This document shows, piece after piece, positions 15,200-24,468 of a DNA stretch of 25,305 bases. Location of the stretch: the NCBI GenBank assembly GCA_049606355.1, contig JBMYVL010000007.1:1-25305 (forward strand). Direction: 5' to 3'. Within the stretch, counting starts at the first letter, position 1, and every line of letters begins with the position of its first letter. Origin of the DNA: Opitutales bacterium. Its GTDB lineage: Bacteria > Verrucomicrobiota > Verrucomicrobiia > Opitutales > Coraliomargaritaceae. The translations under genes and the position numbers were made by a program. Under the pieces are notes generated by a model, which was not told the DNA's origin, ran no database searches, and was given only the letters and a program-made list of their open reading frames with translations.

Positions 15200-15865
15200 A
15201 TGTTACGCTCCCTACGCAATGCCTTCATCACTGGAGTTTTGGTGATCCTCCCCCTCGGGGTCACGATCATCGTCATCAATTTCCTGCTCGATCGTATCGG
15301 CACGCCGGCCAGCAATTTTTTCTTCTGGTACTTGGATCCGGTCTGGCGCGACATGCCTGCGGTACAATTCGGCCTCGAAGTACTGTCGATTCTGGTCGTT
15401 CTGCTGCTCATCACCCTACTCGGCTATGGCTCCAAACTTTTCATCGGGCGCCTGTGCCTGCATAGTTTTGAGCGCTTACTCGACCGTGTGCCCTTTATTA
15501 ATACGGTGTATCGCACCGCCAAACAGATCGTCGACACCTTTAGCCATCAGCAGAAAGCAGTCTTTCAAGAGGTCGTACTGATCGAGTACCCGCGTAAAGA
15601 TTGCTACGTCATCGGTTTCCTTACGAGTGAGGCGAAGGGTGAGCCACAAGCGGCAACCGGTGAGGCAATCGTCAACATCTTCGTCCCCACCACGCCCAAT
15701 CCTACCAGTGGCTTCCTGCTGATGTTACCGAAGACCGACATCACCCCCTTGAATATGTCGATCGCAGATGGCATGAAATTGATTATCTCAGGTGGTGCCG
15801 TCGTGCCCAATGACGGTGCGGTCGCGGTGACGATCGAAAATCCAAAGGCGGTGCAGGCGGAGTAA
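15200..15865 (+). CDS. DUF502 family membrane protein
   Basis: N-terminal TM ITGVLVILPLGVTIIVINFLL, a second TM, and the conserved-looking VFVPTTPNPTSGFLLMLP motif that I associate with DUF502. Confidence 0.78.
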   Translation: MLRSLRNAFITGVLVILPLGVTIIVINFLLDRIGTPASNFFFWYLDPVWRDMPAVQFGLEVLSILVVLLLITLLGYGSKLFIGRLCLHSFERLLDRVPFINTVYRTAKQIVDTFSHQQKAVFQEVVLIEYPRKDCYVIGFLTSEAKGEPQAATGEAIVNIFVPTTPNPTSGFLLMLPKTDITPLNMSIADGMKLIISGGAVVPNDGAVAVTIENPKAVQAE

Positions 15866-15962
15866 ATGAGCTGGATCCGGATGCGCGTCACACGAGGCAT
15901 TGTGCCCTTACTGCAGGCCATGCAGTCGTGCTCTCGCCAAGTCACAGCGATCCCTCTCCATC

Positions 15963-16574
15963 ATGCTTGAAACTCACAAAGCGCACATCCTCAGCCTAGC
16001 GCCGTCCGGGGAATCCTTTCTGAAACTCACCGCACTCAGTGCTGAGGCAGGTGCATTTTATTGCCTGAAGCGTGTATCGAAAAAAAATCCGCTCAAAGAT
16101 GCTCCCGATCTTTTTGACACTGCCGAAATCGACCTCGAAATCTCCAAACAAGGCAGTACTCGTTTTGTGCGTGACTATCGTACCTTGGAGCGGCGCAGTG
16201 CCATCGGGCGGAACTACCGAAAGCTGCAGGCAGCTTCGGAATTTAGCGCACTGCTCGCTCGCAACGCGCCGCAAATGGGTGACTCGGCGCACCTCTTCCA
16301 ACTCGTACAGCGCAGTTTGGATGCTTTCTGTGAGCGCGCGCATCCCAGCATCGTTCGACTGAAGAGTGTCTACCTGCTTCTTAAAGATGAAGGCTACCCC
16401 GTGCGTGAATCGTGGTGGCCACAACTACCCAGTCCTTTGCGCAACGCAGCGAAAACGATCCTCAATCAACCGACTCCCGACTCAGTGGACAGCGTACTGG
16501 AAAAAAACTGCCAAGCACTCACCGAGCACCTCGACGCATGGCTGCAGCGTGAGACCGACCTAATCTTACCTTAG
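15963..16574 (+). CDS. recO: DNA repair protein RecO-like (tentative)
   Basis: From the ATG at 15963 (the track start at 15900 is a TTG). The layout resembles RecO: an N-terminal OB-like segment (AHILSLAPSGESFLKLTALSAEAGAFYC), then PDLFDTAEIDLE, then a helical part with LFQLVQRSLDAF..VRLKSVYLLLKDEGYPV. The assignment comes from pattern memory only. Confidence 0.5.
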   Translation: MLETHKAHILSLAPSGESFLKLTALSAEAGAFYCLKRVSKKNPLKDAPDLFDTAEIDLEISKQGSTRFVRDYRTLERRSAIGRNYRKLQAASEFSALLARNAPQMGDSAHLFQLVQRSLDAFCERAHPSIVRLKSVYLLLKDEGYPVRESWWPQLPSPLRNAAKTILNQPTPDSVDSVLEKNCQALTEHLDAWLQRETDLILP

Positions 16575-17695
16575 TCCAAAGAAGCGAAAGTTCCGTTGTA
16601 GCGACGAATCCACGCCTGGCTCCACTCAAAATAATCACCCGCTTCGATATGCGCACGTGCTTGTGCCATCAGATCGAGGAAAAAGTGTAGGTTGTGAATC
16701 GAGAGTAAGGTGTGCGCGAGTAACTCTTTCGCCATGACGAGGTGGCGCAAGTAGGCACGACTGAAATGACGGCAGGTGTAATTGTCCGCAGCCATAATCG
16801 GTTGCTCGTCGAATTTAAAGCGCTCATTCTTTAAATTGAGCAAGCCATCCGGCGTAAAAACATTGGCATGGCGCGCGAGTCGCGTCGGCATCACGCAATC
16901 AAACATGTCCATTCCCAAGCCGATCATTTGCAACAACTGTGGCGGTGTGCCCACCCCCATCACATAACGCGGCTTTTGCTTCGGCATCACAGGCGCACAA
17001 GCCGCCACTTGACGAATCATTTCTTCTTCGGGTTCGCCGACACTCACTCCGCCGACAGCATAACCGGGCAGGTCGAGCTCTGCCAACGCTTCAGCACACT
17101 GCTGCCGCAGGTCATCGTAGACCGATCCCTGGATGATACCAAACACATGGTGCCCCCGTTGCAGGAAACCATCATTGAGTGCATGGGTTTTAAATTCCTG
17201 AGCCCAACGCAGCGTGCGCTGAACCGCGTTTTCACACGCGTCCCGCTCGCAAGGAAACGGCGGGCACTCGTCGAGCACCATCGCGATATCGGTACCCAAC
17301 TCAGCCTGAATCTGATAACATTCTTTAGGTCCCAAAAACAGCTTCTGCCCATCCAAGTGGGAACGAAACTCGATACCCGCTTCTTTAATCTTACGCAGTT
17401 TGGCGAGGCTGAACACTTGAAAGCCACCGCTATCGGTCAAGATCGGCCGATCCCAACCCATAAACTTGTGCAGCCCCCCCATTTCCGCAACGAGCTTCGA
17501 ACCGGGGCGCAGATTTAAATGATAGGTATTCCCTAAAATGATTTGCGCGTCGACATCCTTGATCTGCGCGGGCGTTAAGCCTTTCACCGTCGCTTGCGTC
17601 CCGACCGGCATAAAAATAGGCGTCTGGATCTCTCCATGGCGCGTGGACACAACACCGCGACGGGCCGCACCACATTCTTGAAGCAATTTAAACAT
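16571..17695 (-). CDS. tgt: tRNA-guanine(34) transglycosylase (queuine tRNA-ribosyltransferase)
   Basis: TPIFMPVGTQATVKG, LTDSGGFQV (catalytic Asp), VLDEC, GIIQGS, DMFDCVMPTR (nucleophile Asp), SRAYLRHL and SIHNLHFF are all present. I chose the ATG at 17695 (MFKLLQECG...). Confidence 0.93.
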   Translation of the reverse strand: MFKLLQECGAARRGVVSTRHGEIQTPIFMPVGTQATVKGLTPAQIKDVDAQIILGNTYHLNLRPGSKLVAEMGGLHKFMGWDRPILTDSGGFQVFSLAKLRKIKEAGIEFRSHLDGQKLFLGPKECYQIQAELGTDIAMVLDECPPFPCERDACENAVQRTLRWAQEFKTHALNDGFLQRGHHVFGIIQGSVYDDLRQQCAEALAELDLPGYAVGGVSVGEPEEEMIRQVAACAPVMPKQKPRYVMGVGTPPQLLQMIGLGMDMFDCVMPTRLARHANVFTPDGLLNLKNERFKFDEQPIMAADNYTCRHFSRAYLRHLVMAKELLAHTLLSIHNLHFFLDLMAQARAHIEAGDYFEWSQAWIRRYNGTFASLD

Positions 17696-17846
17696 TGGCG
17701 CTACGTTGAACCGCGAATCCGCAACTTCCAACTTTGAATTTCACCGATCAAGCGGGAACCTGTTTGAAGGTCTCCCATATGCTGGCGCCGTGACGCTGTG
17801 AAAACCGTTGCCAGCCTTCGACTCAGGCGTCTTGCTGCACTTGATA

Positions 17847-18326
17847 ATGAGTATGGATAGTCCCAGTAAGCCGACAATCGACGGTAGTGGTATGCGCTTT
17901 GCCATTGTTGCGGCGCGCTACAACCAAGCACTGGTTGATTCCATGGTAAAGCATGCCACACAGACCCTGACCGCGGCTGGTGCACCAACACCGACTCTTG
18001 CTCGTGTACCCGGCTCGAACGAATTACCCTATGCCGTCTCGGTACTCGCCGAATCCTGCCAATTTGATGGCATCCTCGCGATTGGCCTCGTTATCGCTGG
18101 AGCCACCGACCACCACAAAGTGATCGGTGATAGTTGCGCGCAGGCACTCCACCAAATTTCAATCGAGTCACAAATCCCGGTCATTAACGGCATCACTGTT
18201 GTCGAGACTCAGGCGCAGGCCGAGGAACGTGCCGGGGCTCCCCTGAATCGCGGCTGTGAATTCGCCAACGCCGCTCTGGAAATGGTACAATTTAGCAACA
18301 CATGGATCAACCAACGCCCAAAGTAA
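17847..18326 (+). CDS. ribH: 6,7-dimethyl-8-ribityllumazine synthase
   Basis: MRFAIVAARYNQALVDSM..VPGSNELPYA..LAIGLVIAGATDHH..INGITVVETQAQAEERAG is collinear with RibH. I chose the ATG at 17847 (the track start at 17808 is a TTG). The classic ribH-nusB pairing supports the call. Confidence 0.9.
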   Translation: MSMDSPSKPTIDGSGMRFAIVAARYNQALVDSMVKHATQTLTAAGAPTPTLARVPGSNELPYAVSVLAESCQFDGILAIGLVIAGATDHHKVIGDSCAQALHQISIESQIPVINGITVVETQAQAEERAGAPLNRGCEFANAALEMVQFSNTWINQRPK

Positions 18327-18763
18327 ACAAGCGCTCGCAGCGACGTGACAATCGCACCTGTGCCATTCAATTTCTCTACCAATGGGAGCTCAACAAGCCT
18401 GAAGAGCTTGCCGATGCAATCTGTACCTTTTTCGAAGGTCAGGAGAAACCACGCGATTACTATGCATTCGCGGAAGAGTTGGTCTATGGTACGATTGAGC
18501 ACATAAGTGTCGTCGATCAGCACATCCAAGAACACGCCAGTAACTGGAAATTTGAACGGATTGCGAAAGTCGACCTCGCGATACTACGCTTAGCGATCTA
18601 CGAACTCCTGCATCGCACCGACATTCCGCCCATTGTCAGCATCAACGAAGCTATCGATTTAAGTAAGGTCTTTTCTAATCCCGACTCGAAGCGTTTTATC
18701 AATGGGATCCTCGATAAGATGAAGGATAAAATCAACCGACCCCTGCGACAGGCTGCCGATTAA
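18302..18763 (+). CDS. nusB: transcription antitermination factor NusB
   Basis: RRDNRTCAIQFLYQWE.., LAILRLAIYELLHRTDIPPIVSINEAIDLSKVF and FINGILDK are typical NusB motifs. It overlaps the ribH 3' end by 25 nt. Confidence 0.9.
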   Translation: MDQPTPKVNKRSQRRDNRTCAIQFLYQWELNKPEELADAICTFFEGQEKPRDYYAFAEELVYGTIEHISVVDQHIQEHASNWKFERIAKVDLAILRLAIYELLHRTDIPPIVSINEAIDLSKVFSNPDSKRFINGILDKMKDKINRPLRQAAD

Positions 18764-18777
18764 TTGTTTGCTGAAGT

Positions 18778-19716
18778 ATGCGCAGCCTCTTTCGTAAGTT
18801 CAAAGAGGGTCTTAAAAAGCAGACCCCTACTTTCCACAAAGCCTTCGAAGGAATCTTCAGCGGCGCCAAACTTGACCCAGCGGCGCTCGAGGAACTTGAA
18901 GAACTCCTGTATACCGCAGACTTTGGCGTCGAAACCGTTGAGGAAATCATCTCAGCGATCGAAGCAGCGTACAAAGCGAATAAAGAGCTTCGCGGTGAAG
19001 CCGCTGCCAAGATTGGTGCCACCGTGCTCACGCAAGTCCTCGAAGGAGCCGAGGGTCGTGTGACGATCGGCCAGCATCAGCCCGAGGTGATTGCTTTGAT
19101 TGGCGTCAATGGCTCGGGTAAAACCACCACTTCTGCCAAGTTGGGGCATCTGTATCAGGCAGAAGGCTACAGTGTCTTGCTCGGCGCCTGCGATACCTTT
19201 CGCGCAGCGGCGAACGAGCAGATCAAGCATTGGGCCGAGCGCTTACAGATCGATATCGTCGCCAGTCAACATGGTGCCGACTCTGCGGCGGTCGCTTACG
19301 ATGCATATGAAGCGGCAAAAGGACGTGGCCGCGATATCGTCATTCTGGATACAGCCGGTCGCTTGCACACCAAAGGCAACTTGATGAAGGAATTGGAAAA
19401 ATTCGGGCGAGTCATCAAGAAGCAAGATCAAGAAGCACCACACCATAGTTGGCTTGTGGTCGATGGCAGCCTCGGATCCAACTCGATCGAGCAAGCACGC
19501 GCATTCCATGAAAGTTTTCCACTTACGGGTCTCATCATCACCAAGCTGGATGGCAGCAGCCGCGGCGGGGCACTGGTTGGTATCTACCGTGAGTTAAAAC
19601 TGCCGATCTACTTCGTCGGCTTGGGCGAACAACCGGATGATTTACAGCCGTTTTCAGCACAAAACTATGCGAATGCGATTTTTGGGATTCAAGAGACTGA
19701 CGAGCCCACAACTTGA
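18778..19716 (+). CDS. ftsY: signal recognition particle receptor FtsY (short form, no acidic A domain)
   Basis: SRP GTPase motifs GVNGSGKTTTSAKLG (G1), DTAGR (G3) and TKLDGSSRGG (G4). The N-terminus is an amphipathic MRSLFRKFKEGLKK. Confidence 0.93.
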   Translation: MRSLFRKFKEGLKKQTPTFHKAFEGIFSGAKLDPAALEELEELLYTADFGVETVEEIISAIEAAYKANKELRGEAAAKIGATVLTQVLEGAEGRVTIGQHQPEVIALIGVNGSGKTTTSAKLGHLYQAEGYSVLLGACDTFRAAANEQIKHWAERLQIDIVASQHGADSAAVAYDAYEAAKGRGRDIVILDTAGRLHTKGNLMKELEKFGRVIKKQDQEAPHHSWLVVDGSLGSNSIEQARAFHESFPLTGLIITKLDGSSRGGALVGIYRELKLPIYFVGLGEQPDDLQPFSAQNYANAIFGIQETDEPTT

Positions 19717-19769
19717 TCGTTGATCCTTGCCTGCAAGATATGCCTCCTCTCATCTTCTTTTGACTGCTT

Positions 19770-20858
19770 ATGACCGAATCACTCACTGTTGAACTGGCTG
19801 CACGCTCCTATCCAATTTATTTCACGGAAGCCGCCGAAGCGCTCAGCATTACTGTAGCGGAGCTTCGCAAGGCCCAGCGCAGGGTGTGCGTCATTGCCGA
19901 TGCCGACCTACAAGCGGTTCAGCCCAACTATTTAGCCGATGCCGGCTTTGCGCCGGACGAGATTCTCAGCTTGCCTTCAGGTGAGCCAACGAAATCGATC
20001 GAATGTTTCGACCAAGCACTGCGCTTTTTAGCAGCCAATGCACTGAATCGTGACAGCGCGCTGTTCGCATTTGGCGGCGGCGTAACCGGGGACCTGACCG
20101 GCTATGTGGCAGCCAGCTACCTGCGCGGTATCGACTTCTACCAAATTCCTTCAACCCTCCTTTCCATGGTTGATAGTTCGGTCGGCGGTAAAACCGGAAT
20201 CAATTTACCCGAGGGTAAGAATCTAGTCGGTGCGTTCTGGCAACCGCAAGCTGTCTTCATTGACACGAGTCTCCTACAAACACTGTCAGATCGAGAATTT
20301 GCTGCGGGCATGGCAGAAGTGATTAAATATGGACTGCTTGCAGATGCCGAACTCTTCAACGAATTGGAAACCTGCGATCGACTGAATGCGGCGTCGCCCC
20401 AACTGCCGTCAATCCTGCGCCGTTGTTGCGCAATCAAAGCAGACATCGTCGCTGCGGATGAAAAGGAAACGGCAGTGAGTGGTGGACGCGCCCTACTCAA
20501 TTTAGGGCATACCTTCGCCCATGCGATCGAGAATGTGGCCGGCTACGGGGAGTACCTGCATGGTGAAGCCGTCGCCATCGGCCTCAATCTGGCGACGCAA
20601 CTCTCGGTCCACTTAGGACAGATCGAAGCCGATGTAGTGGAGCGCGTGCGTGCCGTACTCACACGTTATCAATTACCCCTTCAGCTGAATGCGCCTCTAG
20701 CAACCCCGCAATTGATGTCTGCCATGCAGCGCGATAAAAAGAACCGCAGTGGTCGCTTACGCTTTATCACCTTGGAAGCCGTCGGTGCGGCAGTGACGAC
20801 CGAAGCAGTCGATGCCGCAACGATTCAAATGATTTGGTCGACCGCCGGCACTGCGTAG
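19770..20858 (+). CDS. aroB: 3-dehydroquinate synthase
   Basis: GGGVTGDLTGYVAASYLRGIDFYQIPSTLLSMVDSSVGGKTGINLPEGKNLVGAFWQP and the metal-binding LNLGHTFAHAIE..HGEAVAIG are present. Confidence 0.93.
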   Translation: MTESLTVELAARSYPIYFTEAAEALSITVAELRKAQRRVCVIADADLQAVQPNYLADAGFAPDEILSLPSGEPTKSIECFDQALRFLAANALNRDSALFAFGGGVTGDLTGYVAASYLRGIDFYQIPSTLLSMVDSSVGGKTGINLPEGKNLVGAFWQPQAVFIDTSLLQTLSDREFAAGMAEVIKYGLLADAELFNELETCDRLNAASPQLPSILRRCCAIKADIVAADEKETAVSGGRALLNLGHTFAHAIENVAGYGEYLHGEAVAIGLNLATQLSVHLGQIEADVVERVRAVLTRYQLPLQLNAPLATPQLMSAMQRDKKNRSGRLRFITLEAVGAAVTTEAVDAATIQMIWSTAGTA

Positions 20859-20864
20859 CAGCAC

Positions 20865-22322
20865 TCAGTCCTTCAACCGGAGCACCAGATAGCGCCAATT
20901 ACCGGCGTACCAAACGTACAGTGTATTGACACCCGTGCGTAGCTGCGCCTGGACGGCATCCGGCGTGGCGACGAATTTACCGTTCACTTCGATGATGACC
21001 ATCCCCTGGATCAGCTCTTTAGTGTAAGGAGAATCTGCGGCAACCTCTTGCACAAAAACACCAGCTAATCCGCTTGGAATCGACCCTTCAGAGCGATCCA
21101 CTTCGGCCAATGCCTGCAACCGCACACCATCCAACTGACTGGCGCCCGTCGTGGCAAGGCGCCCGCTTAAGCTACCCAAAGTCACCGGAAGAATCTTTTC
21201 CTTGCCCGCACGAATCAGTGATACCTGAACAACGGCGCCCGGCTCCATCTGAGAAACCACAAGGCGCAACTGTGGTGCTGATTCAATCTCAACGCTGTTG
21301 ATTTTGGTAATGATATCGCCATGGCGGATACCGGCACGGTCTGCCGGCGAATCGTCCTGTACCTGATTGACCAGCGCACCTTTGGTGGACGCCAAGCCAA
21401 ACGCACTTGCGAGATCAGGCGTTAAATTCTCCGGGAAAAGACCGAGCATACCGCGTGGCACTTCACCGCTCTCGATAAGGCTCCGCGCGATGCGTAAAGC
21501 CATGTTGGAAGGAATTGCAAAGCCGATGCCGATGCTACCGCCGGACCGAGAAACAATCGCGGTATTGATTCCCACGAGGCGTCCCCACGCGTCGATCAAA
21601 GCACCACCTGAATTACCCAAGTTGATGGAGGCATCGGTTTGAATAAAATTTTCGTAGCCCCCGCGCCCGAGAATATTGAGGGAATCACGACCTGTGGCCG
21701 AAACGATGCCCTTCGTGGCGGTGAGCCCGATTTCTAAAGGATTACCAATGGCAAAAACTACGTCACCGACTCGGAGAAGCTCACTGTCTGCGATCGTGAC
21801 CGCCTCCAAGGCTTTGTCCGCCTCAATGCGCAACACAGCAACATCGGTTTTAGCATCCGAACCGATTAATTCAGCAACAAACTCACGATCATCGGCAAGG
21901 CGCACCCGAATTTCATCGACCGGATCCCCCTGCTCGCCCGTCACCACGTGATGATTGGTCACGATGTACCCATCGGTCGAAACAATCACTCCCGAGCCCA
22001 CGCCGGTACTTTCCTGCTGCTGCCCCCGGGGTGCATCACCATAATTTCTGGGAATTGGAAAACCAAACTGGCGGAAGAGCTCCTCCATGCCGCGGGGCAC
22101 GGTCATCCCGGATCTACGATCCTCGATTACACTGGATGTATACACCGCAACCACCGAAGGAGTTGCACGCGCCAGCACATCTGCATAGGAGACAACGGGT
22201 ATGTCGCGCGTAGATTCAATCGGCTTGGCATCCGCCTCCACGTTCAGGGTCGCACGCTCACCTGCAAGCAATGTGGCAGATAGAAAGGCCGCAACCACTA
22301 GAGATATGATGCTTGTTTTCAT
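20865..22322 (-). CDS. periplasmic serine endoprotease, HtrA/DegP/DegQ (Do) family, two PDZ domains
   Basis: Signal/anchor MKTSIISLVVAAFLSATLLAG. Catalytic triad contexts TNHHVV, DVAVLRI and GNSGGALID. Two PDZ-like regions follow. I chose the ATG at 22322. Confidence 0.9.
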   Translation of the reverse strand: MKTSIISLVVAAFLSATLLAGERATLNVEADAKPIESTRDIPVVSYADVLARATPSVVAVYTSSVIEDRRSGMTVPRGMEELFRQFGFPIPRNYGDAPRGQQQESTGVGSGVIVSTDGYIVTNHHVVTGEQGDPVDEIRVRLADDREFVAELIGSDAKTDVAVLRIEADKALEAVTIADSELLRVGDVVFAIGNPLEIGLTATKGIVSATGRDSLNILGRGGYENFIQTDASINLGNSGGALIDAWGRLVGINTAIVSRSGGSIGIGFAIPSNMALRIARSLIESGEVPRGMLGLFPENLTPDLASAFGLASTKGALVNQVQDDSPADRAGIRHGDIITKINSVEIESAPQLRLVVSQMEPGAVVQVSLIRAGKEKILPVTLGSLSGRLATTGASQLDGVRLQALAEVDRSEGSIPSGLAGVFVQEVAADSPYTKELIQGMVIIEVNGKFVATPDAVQAQLRTGVNTLYVWYAGNWRYLVLRLKD

Positions 22323-22385
22323 AATCAGCATAACATCCACGACAAGCAAGCGAGAGGCAAGTTCCTCTCATAATTAGCAGCTCTG

Positions 22386-23336
22386 CTAAAATCCTTTTAC
22401 GTCAAACAGACCCGTTACACTTTCATTATCATGTATTCGGCGAATTCCCTCGCCGAGTAGTTCGGCGACACTGAGTACCGTGATCGGGACACCCTCTCGC
22501 TGTTGAACGGGCGTTGTATTGGTGGTGATCAACTGATCCAGAATGCCCGAAGAAAGCCGCTCGTACCCACGCTCGTTCAAAACACCATGACTGACTGCCG
22601 CCATCACACGCGCCGCACCGTTCTTTTTGAGCAACTCAGCGGCAGCACACAAGGTACCCGCAGTCTCAGTCATATCATCAATCAACAGTATATCGCGCCC
22701 CTCCGTCTCGCCGACCAATGAAACCGCTTCCACCGTTTCAGCCGAAGTACGGCGCTTTGCGATGAAACCAATCGGTACATTGAGCAAACCGGCATAGGCC
22801 GAGGCCATCTTCATACCACCCACATCGGGCGAAAACAGCGTCAGATTATCCGTATCGATATTCTTCAAATACTTAAACAACACCGGAGAGGCATACAGAT
22901 GATCCACCGGAATGTCGAAAAAGCCCTGAATCTGCTGAGCGTGTAAATCGACGGTGAGCACACGATTCGCACCCGAAGACACGAGGAGATTCGCTACGAG
23001 CTTCGAGGTAATCGGGACGCGGGGCTGATCTTTGCGGTCCTGCCGCGCATAACCATAGAACGGAATGACGGCAGTGATTCGTTTCGCCGAAGCACGCCGT
23101 GCGGCATCAATCATGATGAATAACTCCATCAAGTGCTGATTCGCCGGATTACTGGTCGGCTGAATAATAAATACGTCCGCCCCCCGGATGTTTTCATCGA
23201 TCCGCACAAAGGTCTCACCATCAGGGAAACTCTTCACCGTGGCCGCGCCTAAAGGTTCACCCAGATAATCACATATTTCCTGAGCGAGCTCAGGATTGGC
23301 ATTACCGCAAAAGATTTTCAGTTTATTCTGGCTCAT
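22386..23336 (-). CDS. prs: ribose-phosphate pyrophosphokinase
   Basis: KIFCGNANPELAQEI, YARQDRK, VDLHAQQIQGFF and the PRPP-binding loop LLIDDMTETAGTL are present. Confidence 0.95.
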   Translation of the reverse strand: MSQNKLKIFCGNANPELAQEICDYLGEPLGAATVKSFPDGETFVRIDENIRGADVFIIQPTSNPANQHLMELFIMIDAARRASAKRITAVIPFYGYARQDRKDQPRVPITSKLVANLLVSSGANRVLTVDLHAQQIQGFFDIPVDHLYASPVLFKYLKNIDTDNLTLFSPDVGGMKMASAYAGLLNVPIGFIAKRRTSAETVEAVSLVGETEGRDILLIDDMTETAGTLCAAAELLKKNGAARVMAAVSHGVLNERGYERLSSGILDQLITTNTTPVQQREGVPITVLSVAELLGEGIRRIHDNESVTGLFDVKGF

Positions 23337-23345
23337 GGTGTCGTA

Positions 23346-24401
23346 TCAGGGACGTGCTTCGTGGAGAGATTCGACGCTTTTCTCCAGTTGATCAAACCTT
23401 TTGAAAAGATCCGGCAACTTTCGCTGCAAGCTGTAGATACGATTCATTAGGATTGAGGATTCCGCAGGCATTCCAGCGACTTTCGCATGTGCGGGAACAG
23501 AGCGCGTAACGCCCGTCGAAGCCGTAATAATCACACCGTCCCCGACCTTAAGGTGACCGGCTATCCCCGCCTGGCCGGCGACAATGACGCCATCTCCGAG
23601 TTGGCTACTGCCACCCACTCCGACTTGGGCGACCAACAAACAATTTTTGCCGATGCGCACGTTGTGCGCCACCTGTACCTGATTGTCGATTTTGGTACCC
23701 GCCCCTATGTGCGTCGTCCCAAAGCGTGCGCGATCAACCGTCGAATTTGCGCCGATATCGACATCCGCCTCCGTCACGACGGTACCGATTTGCGGGATGC
23801 GTTGATGCGCCCCTTGGATCGGTGTGTAGCCATAACCGTCGGCACCGATCACACAACCCTGCAATAAACGGTTGCGCGGCCCGATCTGACAGTAATCACT
23901 GATCACTACCTGCGGGAAAACCAATGTCTCTTCTGCGATCTGCGCACCACGCCCGACCGAAACATGATCGGCCAATACAACCCCTGGCCCAATGGATGCC
24001 TCCGCGCCGATATAGCAAAATGCCCCAATGCTGGCAGACGCATCCACCTGCGCCTGCGGCTCCACATAGGCAGTAGGATGCACTCCTGCTGGCGGCTTCG
24101 GCAGCAGCTCCATCTCTATATCGCGGCACAATAGCGCCAAAGCATACGATGGATTTTCCAGCCGGATGTACAATTGGGAGGCACGGGGCTGACCCTGATA
24201 ATCCATAGGGAGCAGCAAGACCGATGCTTGCGACGCTTCGACTTGATCCCGATACTTCGGATTACCTAAAAACGAAAGATCGCCGCTACCTGCATCTGCC
24301 AAGGCGGCGATACCGGTGATTGCACCATCAAAGTCACCCTCGCAAACAGCACCGCTGTCGATGATTTCGAGAATACGTGCGAATGAATAAGAAAAAGCCA
24401 T
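23346..24401 (-). CDS. lpxD: UDP-3-O-acylglucosamine N-acyltransferase
   Basis: An N-terminal LpxD domain (ITGIAALADAGSGDLSFLGNPKY) followed by left-handed beta-helix hexapeptide repeats. Positioned downstream of skp and bamA. Confidence 0.92.
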   Translation of the reverse strand: MAFSYSFARILEIIDSGAVCEGDFDGAITGIAALADAGSGDLSFLGNPKYRDQVEASQASVLLLPMDYQGQPRASQLYIRLENPSYALALLCRDIEMELLPKPPAGVHPTAYVEPQAQVDASASIGAFCYIGAEASIGPGVVLADHVSVGRGAQIAEETLVFPQVVISDYCQIGPRNRLLQGCVIGADGYGYTPIQGAHQRIPQIGTVVTEADVDIGANSTVDRARFGTTHIGAGTKIDNQVQVAHNVRIGKNCLLVAQVGVGGSSQLGDGVIVAGQAGIAGHLKVGDGVIITASTGVTRSVPAHAKVAGMPAESSILMNRIYSLQRKLPDLFKRFDQLEKSVESLHEARP

Positions 24402-24410
24402 GGCTCAGAT

Positions 24411-24448
24411 AAAAGAAAAAACCCCGTCCTTTGCGAGAACAGGGTTTT
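24411..24448 (-). terminator. rho-independent terminator between skp and lpxD
   Basis: Minus-strand RNA AAAA-CCCUGUUCU-cgcaa-AGGACGGGG-UUUUUUCUUUU: a 9-bp stem with two G-U pairs (plus-strand 24422..24430 and 24436..24444) and a long U-tract (plus-strand 24411..24421). Confidence 0.7.
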
Positions 24449-24468
24449 GAAAAAATGGATTGTGAAAA

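Noticed and set aside
17696-17846. Possible FMN (RFN) riboswitch upstream of ribH
   Set aside because: The 150-nt tgt/ribH intergenic region lacks the conserved RFN core elements (for example the GGGCAGGGTGAAATTCCC-like segment) and shows no multi-stem architecture that I can see.
18302-18326. 25-nt overlap between ribH and nusB, considered as a possible frameshift or fusion signal
   Set aside because: Both proteins are full length with normal termini in different frames. ribH-nusB adjacency with short overlaps is common, and there is no slippery sequence.
22352-22369. Small hairpin gagagg-caagtt-cctctc between prs and the htrA-family gene
   Set aside because: It has only a 6-bp stem and no following U-tract on the minus strand, so it is too weak to call as a terminator or regulatory element.
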